The notes below the pieces were generated by a model. It had not been told where the DNA came from, made no database searches, and saw nothing but the letters and a program-made list of their open reading frames with translations. Shown here in pieces: positions 9,558-18,036 of a DNA stretch of 19,816 bases. Both the position numbers and the translations under genes were made by a program. The stretch lies in assembly GCA_964584035.1 (NCBI GenBank), contig CAZOYL010000037.1, forward strand, positions 1-19,816. The letters run 5' to 3'. Source of the stretch: an uncultured Gemmatimonadota bacterium (GTDB lineage Bacteria; SM23-81). Positions within the stretch are counted from its first letter, which is position 1, and each line of letters begins with the position of its first letter.

Positions 9558-11876
9558 ATGGCGATGTTCATTCCTCTTAAAATTCTCTGTCGAGCAGGCC
9601 CGCGTGTGGCCGTGATATGCTCCCTGCTAGCGGTAACGGCTGTGACCGCCGGCCTGGCCGAGGATGTGACCGTTGCCCGGGCATCGGTCCAGGGGCGGGT
9701 TCGCGATAGTCAGACCGGAATGCCCCTGGAGGGCGTGAATGTGCTGGTCGTGGGCACGTCCCTGGGCGCGGCGACGGATCCACAGGGATCTTTTCAGATC
9801 GCTCTGTTCCCGGATGAGTATCGTCTTCACTTCCAGAGGGTCGGATATACCGATCAGGTGAGCGAATCTTTCCGGTTGATTCCCGGCCAGCAGATGAATA
9901 TGGAGATCCGTTTGGAGGAAGAGGCCGTTCCCATGGAGGAGGTCCTGGTGGTGGGAGAACGGAAGCTTTCTCTGGAACAGCAGCTGACCAGCACACATTT
10001 TCTGGAAAGGCGGCAGGTCGAGGAAATATCCGGCAGCAGCGAGGATGTCCTGCGAACCATTCAGACGCGGCCCGGAGTCGTCTCGCCGGCCGATTTTTTC
10101 GGCCGGGTCTACGTCCGGGGGGGAAGAGCCAGCGAGAACATCGTCATTCTGGATCGGATCTATATTTATGAGCCCTATCATCTGGGCGGCGCCGTCAGCA
10201 TCTTCAATCCGGAACTCATCGATCACGTCGAGTTTCATGCCGGGGGATACCCGGCCGAATACGGCATGGGCCTCGCCTCTATCCTCCGGATCGTCAATCG
10301 GGACGGCATAGATCGTTCTCTGCAGGGCACCGTCAGCCTGAGCGTCCTCAGCGCCAATGCTCTTCTCCAGGGGAAGCTGCCGGGCCGGAATGGCACCTGG
10401 ATATTCTCCATGCGGAGAACTTACCATGATAAACTCATGGAAACCATGGGCGCCTTTGAAAATTACGTGTTCCCTCACTTTCACGACATACAGCTGAAGG
10501 CGGCCTATCCCCTGAGCCGGAGTCATATCCTCGGGTTCGATTTTCTCGATTCCGGAGATGCGCTCAAGATCAAGGTGGAGAATCTCGATGATCGAGCCGA
10601 TGCCGTTGCCGACAGCGGGGACCTGGCCTGGGATAATCAGCTGACCCTGGCCAGCCTGGATTGGAAATGGATCCTCACCCCGAAGTCCTATTCACATCTG
10701 ACGGCAGCTTACTCCCGCCAACCTTTCAGATCGGAGATCAGCGGTGCCCAGCCCCAGTGGTTCAAGGGTCAGGTGGTCAACTTCGATCTGAATGGTGACC
10801 TGACCCTGATGTCGTTCAAGGATCACGAGATAGAGACCGGTTTTTACCTTCGCGACAGCGATGCAGATCTGGATATCCATTTCAAGCAGGATTATTTTCT
10901 GCACGTCACCGAGAACAGCAACGTCGCACTGGACAGCACCCTGTTGAACACGTCGGTGAATAAGCTGTTCCGCTATCTCGGTGTCTATCTTCAAGACCAA
11001 TGGCAGGTTATCCCCCCGGTGCTGGATATCGGCTTCGGGCTGAGATACGAGATGATGAATACCAGCCCGGTTCGAGCTCTCAGCCCCCGGTTCTCTCTCG
11101 GTCATCAGGTGACCGATCTGACCCGGCTCAAGTTTTCATGGGGGCACTATTATCAGTACTCCATCGATCCTGTGCAGATGGAACCGCCCCTGGGGTCCAA
11201 CGACCTGAAACCCAAACGGGCCGTTCATTACATCGTGGGGCTGGAGCATCAGCTTACCGCCGCCTCCAGGGTCCGCCTGGAAGGATATATCAAGGAGTTG
11301 TCCGATCTTTTTGTTATCGGGCCGGAGTTAAAATTTACCAACTATGGACGGGGATCCGTTCGGGGCTTGGAGGTTTTTTACGAGCGGCTCCCATCGAATA
11401 GATTAAATGGCTGGGCCAGTTATGCATACAGCATCACCAGGCAGAAGGATCAGCCGGGTACTCCGGAGTATTATCCTCTGCAGGATCAACGGCACACCTT
11501 CTCTGCGGTGGTGAACTTCCGGCTCGACCAACGCTGGAGGTTCTCTTTAAAATGGGCCCTGCACTCCGGGAGACCGTATACGCCCGTTCTGGGAGCTGAG
11601 ACCCTGGTGGATGACGAGACCGGAGAGGTGAGCGGATATATCCCCCTGGAGGGCGAGATAAATTCTGAGAGGTTTCCCGGCTACCAGCGTCTGGATGTGC
11701 GCCTGGACCGTCTGTTTCAATTTCAGGGTTGGGATCTCAGCGTGTACCTGGAGATTCTCAATCTGTATGTTCACAAGAATGTCTATGACTACAGTTATAC
11801 CAGGGATTATGCCCGCCGGATCACGACCTATCAGTTTCCTCTTTTGCCCGCAATCGGGGCAAAGGTGAATTTCTGA
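9558..11876 (+). CDS. TonB-dependent receptor with an N-terminal carboxypeptidase-regulatory-like domain
   Basis: Signal peptide; GRVRDSQTGMPLEGVNVLV..GAATD..GSF domain; plug (EDVLR.I...PGV, YVRGG, GGYPAEYG); barrel with DQRH and YQRLDVR; terminal Phe. Start uncertain (9480, 9558 or 9564). Confidence 0.9.
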   Translation: MAMFIPLKILCRAGPRVAVICSLLAVTAVTAGLAEDVTVARASVQGRVRDSQTGMPLEGVNVLVVGTSLGAATDPQGSFQIALFPDEYRLHFQRVGYTDQVSESFRLIPGQQMNMEIRLEEEAVPMEEVLVVGERKLSLEQQLTSTHFLERRQVEEISGSSEDVLRTIQTRPGVVSPADFFGRVYVRGGRASENIVILDRIYIYEPYHLGGAVSIFNPELIDHVEFHAGGYPAEYGMGLASILRIVNRDGIDRSLQGTVSLSVLSANALLQGKLPGRNGTWIFSMRRTYHDKLMETMGAFENYVFPHFHDIQLKAAYPLSRSHILGFDFLDSGDALKIKVENLDDRADAVADSGDLAWDNQLTLASLDWKWILTPKSYSHLTAAYSRQPFRSEISGAQPQWFKGQVVNFDLNGDLTLMSFKDHEIETGFYLRDSDADLDIHFKQDYFLHVTENSNVALDSTLLNTSVNKLFRYLGVYLQDQWQVIPPVLDIGFGLRYEMMNTSPVRALSPRFSLGHQVTDLTRLKFSWGHYYQYSIDPVQMEPPLGSNDLKPKRAVHYIVGLEHQLTAASRVRLEGYIKELSDLFVIGPELKFTNYGRGSVRGLEVFYERLPSNRLNGWASYAYSITRQKDQPGTPEYYPLQDQRHTFSAVVNFRLDQRWRFSLKWALHSGRPYTPVLGAETLVDDETGEVSGYIPLEGEINSERFPGYQRLDVRLDRLFQFQGWDLSVYLEILNLYVHKNVYDYSYTRDYARRITTYQFPLLPAIGAKVNF

Positions 11877-11923
11877 GATGTCTGCGATCGTCGCACCGGG
11901 CCTTCAGGATGGGCAAAAAGTCA

Positions 11924-11952
11924 TTGACTCAAGAGGGACTTTGCCGTAGTTT
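11924..11952 (+). promoter_or_regulatory. Sigma70-type promoter for the M42 peptidase run
   Basis: TTGACT (11924-11929), 17 nt, TAGTTT (11947-11952), in an AT-rich intergenic region. Confidence 0.6.
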
Positions 11953-12076
11953 ATATTTTTGGGTTTTTTACCAAAATGATGACCGTTATCTGGTCGCCAT
12001 CGCTTCCAAAACCTTCCAAAGTTTAGTGTCAGCATCATTCCATCCGGCAATAACCGTTTTATGAAAGGAGGGGAGA

Positions 12077-13135
12077 GTGAAGAAGACTTCTTTAGATTTT
12101 CTTAAATCTCTCGTCGCCCAGCCCAGCCCTTCTGGGTTCGAGCAGCCGGTCCAGAAGGTCTGGCGTCAGCATATGAAATCCTATGCCGACAAGATCTGGA
12201 CCGATGTTCATGGCAATACCATCGCCGTCCTCAATCCCGAGGGAAAACCCCGGGTTATGTTGGCGGGACACTGCGATGAAGTCGGCTTCATGGTGAACTA
12301 TATCAACGATGAGGGGTTCATCTTCTTTTCGTCGATCGGGGGTGTGGATCCCGGATTGGTCTCGGCACGCCGGGTGAAGATTTTCACCGAGAAGGGCATT
12401 GTCTATGGTGTCGTCGGCCGAAAGGCCATCCACATGATGGATCCGGAGGAAAGAAAGAAGGTCTCCGAGATGCATAAACTCTGGATCGATATCGGGGTCA
12501 AGGATAAAAAGGAGGCTCAAAAACTGGTCTCGGTGGGCGATCCTATCGTGTTTGACTATGGCTTCCAGGAGCTGAGGAACGGGCTGGCCGTGAGCCGCGG
12601 TTTCGACGATCGCATCGGCAGCTTCGCCGTTGCCGAGACCTTGCAGCTGTTGGCGGCCCAAAAACCTAAGGCCGCGGTGTTCGCCGTGTCGACCGTACAG
12701 GAGGAGCTGGGGTTGAGAGGCGCTCGGACCAGTGCCTTCGGGATCGATCCCCATGTCGGCATCGCCGTGGATGTGGGCAATGCCACCGATCATCCCGAGG
12801 CCGATAAACAAAAAGCCGGTGAGATCAAGCTGGGACTGGGGCCGGTGATCGTCCGGGGACCCAATATCAATCCCGTGGTGGAGAAGGGTCTGATGGCGGC
12901 TGCCCGTAAGGCTAGGGTTCCTTTTCAGACCCAGGGCGCCTCACGGGCCACCGGGACCGATGCCAATGCCATGCAGATTAACCGGGCGGGCGTGGCCGCC
13001 GGGCTGATCAGCGTGCCCAACCGGTACATGCACACACCGGTGGAGATGATCTCGCTGGATGATCTCGACCACACCTCCAAGATTCTGGCCGCTTATATTG
13101 TCAGCCTGGATGCCGGGAGCGACTTTACGCCCTGA
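12077..13135 (+). CDS. M42-family (TET-like) metallo-aminopeptidase
   Basis: SPSGFE; metal and catalytic motifs GHCDEVG, FDDRIG, VQEELG, AVDV and YMHTP; GTDA; strong RBS AAAGGAGG before GTG. Confidence 0.93.
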   Translation: MKKTSLDFLKSLVAQPSPSGFEQPVQKVWRQHMKSYADKIWTDVHGNTIAVLNPEGKPRVMLAGHCDEVGFMVNYINDEGFIFFSSIGGVDPGLVSARRVKIFTEKGIVYGVVGRKAIHMMDPEERKKVSEMHKLWIDIGVKDKKEAQKLVSVGDPIVFDYGFQELRNGLAVSRGFDDRIGSFAVAETLQLLAAQKPKAAVFAVSTVQEELGLRGARTSAFGIDPHVGIAVDVGNATDHPEADKQKAGEIKLGLGPVIVRGPNINPVVEKGLMAAARKARVPFQTQGASRATGTDANAMQINRAGVAAGLISVPNRYMHTPVEMISLDDLDHTSKILAAYIVSLDAGSDFTP

Positions 13136-13183
13136 GCCTATCATAATCATGCCGATATATTCTACTATCCGGGAGGTTCATCC

Positions 13184-13837
13184 ATGAGGTCTATCATCCG
13201 GTTTTCGATGATGTCCCTGATGGTCATGATCGTACTGGCGGGCTGTGCTTCCCAGAAATGCCTGGTGGAGCCCCAGACCCAGGCTCGGGATATTACCATC
13301 CTCAGCAACCGGGATTACTTTCCGACCGTGCATCAGATCTTCCAGGACGCTCAGAGATCGATTCAGGTGATGATGTTCTCGGCCCGCTATTATACGGAAA
13401 AGCCGAGGTTTTCCGGTGACATCGAGCACGTCGCCGGCACCCACTGGAGCGACACCAACGTGCTCCTCGACGACCTTGTCGATGCCCGTCAACGGGGCGT
13501 CGATGTGCAGATTATCCTGGACAGCTCCACCTGGAACGAGAGCAACACGGAGCTCAACGAGCAATTCGGCCAGCTGATGATCGGAGAGGGAGTGGCGGTC
13601 TTCATGGACGATCCCGAGGTGACGACCCATTGCAAGCTGATCATCGTGGATGACCAGCTCACCGTGGTGGGCTCGACCAACTGGAGCTACTATGCTCTGG
13701 ATCAGAACAACGAGACCTCGGTGTTGATCCGTTCCCATGATATCAACCGGGATTATCGGGAATATTACGAAGAGGTTCTCTCGAATTCGACCCCATTGAC
13801 TATTTCGACGGAAGAGCAGGACGAGGGGCTGGAATAG
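13184..13837 (+). CDS. Lipoprotein with a single phospholipase D-like (HKD) domain, Nuc-like
   Basis: Lipobox LAG-C; RGVDVQIILD; HxKxxxxD motif HCKLIIVD followed by VGSTNWS and NNE; RBS GGGAGG. Confidence 0.85.
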   Translation: MRSIIRFSMMSLMVMIVLAGCASQKCLVEPQTQARDITILSNRDYFPTVHQIFQDAQRSIQVMMFSARYYTEKPRFSGDIEHVAGTHWSDTNVLLDDLVDARQRGVDVQIILDSSTWNESNTELNEQFGQLMIGEGVAVFMDDPEVTTHCKLIIVDDQLTVVGSTNWSYYALDQNNETSVLIRSHDINRDYREYYEEVLSNSTPLTISTEEQDEGLE

Positions 13838-13899
13838 GAGCATCCGGACGTCAGCCGGCATCGACCGTACCTCACTCTGAAGTGACCGGGGAGAGACGC

Positions 13900-15003
13900 A
13901 TGGCCAAAGTTGCCGTTTTGCAGACCACACCCGATACGGTTATAGAAGACTATGGCCGGCTGCTGGAACTGGCCGGAGCGGCGCAGTATCTGTCCGCCGA
14001 CCGGCAGACCTGCCTGAAGATCAATATCACCTGGCATCGTTTCTTCCCGGCCTGTTCCACCACCCCGTGGCAGCTGGAAGGCGTGGTTCAGGGGCTCATC
14101 AATAAGGGATATTCCCGAGAGAACCTCTTTGCCACCCACAACCGCACCGTGGTGGTCGATGATCGCGTGGGCGAACGCAACAATGGTCATCTGGCCGTGG
14201 AACAGAAATATGGGCTTCCCGTGGTGCATCTCAACGATGCCGATGTCGAATGGGTCCGGTACCGGCCCAAAGGCACCATGCTGGTTCTGGATGAGGTCTA
14301 CCCCGAGGGGATTTATCTGCCCCGGTTCCTGCTGGGCAAGGATATCATACAGTTGCCCACCATGAAGACGCATGTCTTCACAACCATGACGGGTGCCATG
14401 AAAAATGCCTTCGGTGGGCTTCTGCATACTCACCGGCACTGGACTCACAGCGTCATCCATGAGACCCTGGTCGATCTGCTGACCATTTCGAAGGAGATCC
14501 ATCCGGGCCTGTTCGCGGTCATGGATGGAACCTTTGCCGGAGATGGTCCCGGTCCCCGCGCCATGGTGCCCCACGTGAAGAATTTCATCCTGGCCAGCGG
14601 CGACTGGGTGGCTCTGGATGCTATGGCCGCAAAGATGATGGGCTTCGACCCGTTGTCCGTACCGTTCATTCGCCTGGCCCACGAGAGAGGCCTGGGCGTC
14701 GGAGATCCGGATCGCATCGAGGTGGTGGGGGAGAACATCTCCGGAGTGAACTTCGGTTTTCACGGCCACCGCAATACCCTGGCCAGCCGCGGTCAAAAGA
14801 TGATCTATCACGGATGGCTGAAACCGCTGGAGAAATTTCTCCTGCGCAGCCCCATCGTCGGCTGGTCGTATATCGCCTCGCGCCTGTATCATGATCTCTA
14901 CTGGTATCATCTGGTCGGTCAAAGGCGTGTTAAAAAAGCCCTCGATACCGATTGGGGCCGGCTGTTTTCGGAGTACCTGCACGCCGGCCGCAGAGACGAA
15001 TAG
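13900..15003 (+). CDS. DUF362 domain protein
   Basis: LKIN, LPTMKTH...TGAMKN.FG, AVMDG..AGDGPGP and ILASGD.VALD motifs characteristic of DUF362; ATG 13900 after GGGGAG. Confidence 0.82.
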   Translation: MAKVAVLQTTPDTVIEDYGRLLELAGAAQYLSADRQTCLKINITWHRFFPACSTTPWQLEGVVQGLINKGYSRENLFATHNRTVVVDDRVGERNNGHLAVEQKYGLPVVHLNDADVEWVRYRPKGTMLVLDEVYPEGIYLPRFLLGKDIIQLPTMKTHVFTTMTGAMKNAFGGLLHTHRHWTHSVIHETLVDLLTISKEIHPGLFAVMDGTFAGDGPGPRAMVPHVKNFILASGDWVALDAMAAKMMGFDPLSVPFIRLAHERGLGVGDPDRIEVVGENISGVNFGFHGHRNTLASRGQKMIYHGWLKPLEKFLLRSPIVGWSYIASRLYHDLYWYHLVGQRRVKKALDTDWGRLFSEYLHAGRRDE

Positions 15004-15023
15004 CATCACACCGGAGGCAGGTC

Positions 15024-15335
15024 ATGCCCGTCTGTCAGGTCACCGTCGTGCCGCTGGGCACCGGCACTCCCAGCCTGAGCTCCTATGTCGCCGGCTGTCA
15101 GAGGATTCTCGATAACTATCGGAGGCTCAACTACCGGCTGACTCCCATGTCCACCGTCATCGAGGGTCCCCTGGATGACATCCTGGAAGCCGTTGCCCTG
15201 ATGCATCAGGTCCCCTTCCAAATGGGTGCCCTGCGGGTCAGCACCACCCTGGTGATCGATGATCGTCGAGATAAAGAATTAACCATGAACGGCAAACTGG
15301 CCTCGGTAGAGCAAAAATTATCAGCCGGAGAATGA
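15024..15335 (+). CDS. MTH1187/YkoF-family thiamine-binding protein
   Basis: VTVVPLGTGTPSLSSYVA, YRLTPMSTVIEG and RVST.L.IDDRRDK motifs; ATG 15024 after GGAGG. Confidence 0.9.
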   Translation: MPVCQVTVVPLGTGTPSLSSYVAGCQRILDNYRRLNYRLTPMSTVIEGPLDDILEAVALMHQVPFQMGALRVSTTLVIDDRRDKELTMNGKLASVEQKLSAGE

Positions 15336-15353
15336 CCGGCAGGATTGTGGCCC

Positions 15354-15434
15354 CAGCGGAATGCTGAAGCACAGAATGCTGAACAACAGAAGTATAAACA
15401 GCAGAAGCAGAAACGGCAGGAATATAAACAGCAT
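15354..15434 (+). repeat. Degenerate 15-bp tandem array (5 units plus a partial unit) upstream of, and in frame with, the HAD gene
   Basis: CAGCGGAATGCTGAA / GCACAGAATGCTGAA / CAACAGAAGTATAAA / CAGCAGAAGCAGAAA / CGGCAGGAATATAAA / CAGCAT; A-rich against the GC-rich background. Confidence 0.8.
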
Positions 15435-15449
15435 CCCAAGGGAGACGAG

Positions 15450-16196
15450 GTGACACTTCACTGGTTATTTATCGACATCGGCGGTCCCATCCTCGATGAT
15501 GGTCCTCTTTTCGATTACCTCGTGGCAGCCCTGAGAGGCATTCTGGCGGCCCAGGGACATCCGGTCGGCGGCACGGTCTATGAGAAGGCCCTGGAAAGCG
15601 GCTGGCGGGAGGGTGCATCGTCCACCCTGGATTATCTGATCAGGTATTTCGTCACATCGGAAGAAGACTATCTTCGGGCTAAACAAGCATACTGGAAGGT
15701 TTTTAACGGCCTGTCCTGGGCAGAATATCGTCGTCTTCAACCGCTCAGAACCGGCGTTTCGGAGGCTTTGGAGGCGCTGGCCGGCCGGTACCGGCTGGCC
15801 ACCCTGTCCAACAATGTCGTTCGAGTAAAAGATCTGCTGGAGGAGTATGGTGTCGGGCACGTTTTCTCAGCCTGGGGCATTTCCGAGGAGGTAGGCTGCT
15901 CCAAGCCGGATCAGGGGCTGTTCGACTATGTTCTTGATCAGGCGGGATGCCGGCCGAAAGAGGCTATGATGGTGGGCGATCGGCTGGATAATGATATCTT
16001 CCCGGCCCAAAGGCTGGGTCTCAATACCGCTCTGATCACGCTGAAAAACAACTTCGGAGCCCCGCCTGCTCATGTCAGGGGCATCGAACCGGATATCCGG
16101 GCGGCATCCCTGCCGGAGCTGACCGAGAAACTGACCTGCCGGCCGGCCGCCGGCCGGCCCCGGGGAACGGCCGGCATGACAGAGAATGCGTCCTGA
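15450..16196 (+). CDS. HAD-superfamily hydrolase (subfamily IA-like)
   Basis: Motif I FIDIGG, motif II LSN, motif III SKPD and motif IV VGDRLDND. GTG 15450 follows AAGGGAG; the frame is also open from 15345. Confidence 0.88.
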   Translation: MTLHWLFIDIGGPILDDGPLFDYLVAALRGILAAQGHPVGGTVYEKALESGWREGASSTLDYLIRYFVTSEEDYLRAKQAYWKVFNGLSWAEYRRLQPLRTGVSEALEALAGRYRLATLSNNVVRVKDLLEEYGVGHVFSAWGISEEVGCSKPDQGLFDYVLDQAGCRPKEAMMVGDRLDNDIFPAQRLGLNTALITLKNNFGAPPAHVRGIEPDIRAASLPELTEKLTCRPAAGRPRGTAGMTENAS

Positions 16197-16210
16197 AGGA
16201 GGAAATCGGT

Positions 16211-17638
16211 TTGAATCAGATGCAGGCAGCTCTTTCCGGAGACATCACCCCTCAGGTTCGCCGGGTGGCCCGAGATGAGGGACTGGAGCCGGAGATCGTG
16301 GCCCGTGGCGTGGCCGCCGGCCGGATCGCCGTCCCCAACAATAACCGGCGGGATCTATCCCGACCCATCGGCATCGGAGAGGGTTTGCGGACCAAGGTCA
16401 ATGCCAACGTGGGCACTTCCACGGACAGCGCCAGCCTTGAGGCCGAGCTGGAAAAGGTCACCGTGGCCGTCGAGGCCGGCGCCGATACCATCATGGATCT
16501 GAGCACCGGCGGTGACCTGACCGAAATTCGAACCCGGATTCTGAAGGCCTGTCCCGTTCCGCTGGGCACGGTGCCGATCTATCAGACGGTGGTGGAAACC
16601 ATCGCTGAGCAGAGGGCCCTGATCAAGATGCGGGCCGATAAGATCTTCGACGTTATCGAGCGGCAGGCACAGGAAGGGGTCGATTTTATCACCGTCCATT
16701 GCGGGGTCACCTGGGATACGCTCCGCCGTCTGAAGGACCAGGGCCGCCTGACCGATATCGTCAGCCGCGGGGGCGCCTTCCTGGTCACCTGGATGGTGGC
16801 CAACGAGCGGGAAAATCCTCTCTACGAGCAGTTCGACCGGTTGCTCGAGCTGGCCCGGCGCCACGATCTGACGCTCAGCCTGGGCGATGGTCTGCGTCCC
16901 GGATCTCTGGCCGATGCCACTGATCGAGCCCAGGTTCAGGAGACCATTATCCTCGGCGAGCTGACCCGGCGGGCCTGGGAACAAAACGTTCAGGTCATGA
17001 TCGAGGGGCCCGGTCATGTGCCCATTGACCAGATCGAGGCCAATGTTCTCCTGGAAAAAAGGCTCTGCTACGGTGCGCCCTTCTATGTCCTGGGACCTTT
17101 GGTGACGGACGTGGCATCCGGATATGATCACATTGCCTGTGCCATCGGCGGCGCCATCGCCGCCAGCGCCGGGGCCGATTTCCTCTGTTATGTCACCCCG
17201 GGCGAACATCTCCGACTGCCCACCACTGAAGAGGTCAGAGAGGGGGTCATGGCCGCCCGGGTGGCCGCTCATGCGGGAGACATCGGAAAAGGCCTGCCGG
17301 GAGCTCTTGACTGGGATCGGGAGATGTCGCGGGCCCGAAAGCATCTGGATTGGGAAAAACAGCTTTCTCTGTCCATCGATCCCCAGCATGCCCGTCAGGT
17401 GCGTCAGCAAAGCCAGCCCCATGAGGACAAGGCGTGTACTATGTGTGGTGATTATTGCGCCGTCAAAATGGTCGAAGAAGCCCTCAAAACGCCCGGCCGA
17501 TTAAAAAGCAAGATCGAACGGACTCCTCAGACGCCCGGGAGATCAAGGGACAAGACAGGGAAAACTCTGAAATCTCCCCGCAAACCCAGGGAAGCGGGCA
17601 GGGGAACCCGGAAATCGGCAGGCAGGTCGAAGCGCTAG
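16211..17638 (+). CDS. thiC: Phosphomethylpyrimidine synthase ThiC (short anaerobe/archaeal type) with a basic C-terminal extension
   Basis: TKVNANVGTS, MDLSTGG, GTVPIYQ, TVHCG, SRGG, GDGLRPG, EGPGHVP, GYDHI and the Fe-S motif CTMCGDYC; TTG start after AAGGAGG. Confidence 0.92.
   Translation: MNQMQAALSGDITPQVRRVARDEGLEPEIVARGVAAGRIAVPNNNRRDLSRPIGIGEGLRTKVNANVGTSTDSASLEAELEKVTVAVEAGADTIMDLSTGGDLTEIRTRILKACPVPLGTVPIYQTVVETIAEQRALIKMRADKIFDVIERQAQEGVDFITVHCGVTWDTLRRLKDQGRLTDIVSRGGAFLVTWMVANERENPLYEQFDRLLELARRHDLTLSLGDGLRPGSLADATDRAQVQETIILGELTRRAWEQNVQVMIEGPGHVPIDQIEANVLLEKRLCYGAPFYVLGPLVTDVASGYDHIACAIGGAIAASAGADFLCYVTPGEHLRLPTTEEVREGVMAARVAAHAGDIGKGLPGALDWDREMSRARKHLDWEKQLSLSIDPQHARQVRQQSQPHEDKACTMCGDYCAVKMVEEALKTPGRLKSKIERTPQTPGRSRDKTGKTLKSPRKPREAGRGTRKSAGRSKR
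17483..17638 (+). repeat. Degenerate 42-bp (14-aa) repeats forming the ThiC tail
   Basis: LKTPGRLKSKIERT / PQTPGRSRDKTGKT / LKSPRKPREAGRGT / RKSAGRSKR*. Confidence 0.6.
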
Positions 17639-17676
17639 GAGCTTGTCAAGGGCGTCAAGATCACTCTGGAGGCATC

Positions 17677-18036
17677 ATGTTGAGGACCCTGTGCAAATCA
17701 AAAATACGCGGAGCCGTGGTGACCGGCGCCAGATTGCATTATGATGGCAGTATCGGCATCGATCGAGCTATCATGGAGGCCGCCGACCTGTACCCCTGGG
17801 AACGAGTTCAAGTGGTCAATCTGAATAACGGCACCCGTTTGGAGACCTACGTGATCGAAGAAAAAGCCGGGTCGGGTACCATTTGCCTGAAGGGACCGGC
17901 GGCTCGCCTGGGTCAGGTAGGCGATGAGATCATTATCATCTCGTATGTCAGTCTGACCGACGAGGAGGCCATTAAACTTCGACCGGTGGTGGTTCATCTG
18001 AAAGACCATAATCGTCTGCAAAAAAGCGCCGGGTGA
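17677..18036 (+). CDS. panD: Aspartate 1-decarboxylase proenzyme (pyruvoyl-dependent)
   Basis: MLRTLCKSKI N-terminus; Gly24-Ser25 cleavage site (YDGS); NG.R54..T57Y58; GDEIII; ATG 17677 after GGAGG. Confidence 0.9.
   Translation: MLRTLCKSKIRGAVVTGARLHYDGSIGIDRAIMEAADLYPWERVQVVNLNNGTRLETYVIEEKAGSGTICLKGPAARLGQVGDEIIIISYVSLTDEEAIKLRPVVVHLKDHNRLQKSAG

Noticed and set aside
15354..15434. 15-bp arrays as possible CRISPR arrays
   Set aside because: The units are contiguous, short and degenerate, with no unique spacers and no cas genes.
17455..17676. 74-aa upstream extension of the panD ORF
   Set aside because: It overlaps thiC; the canonical PanD start with a GGAGG RBS is at 17677.
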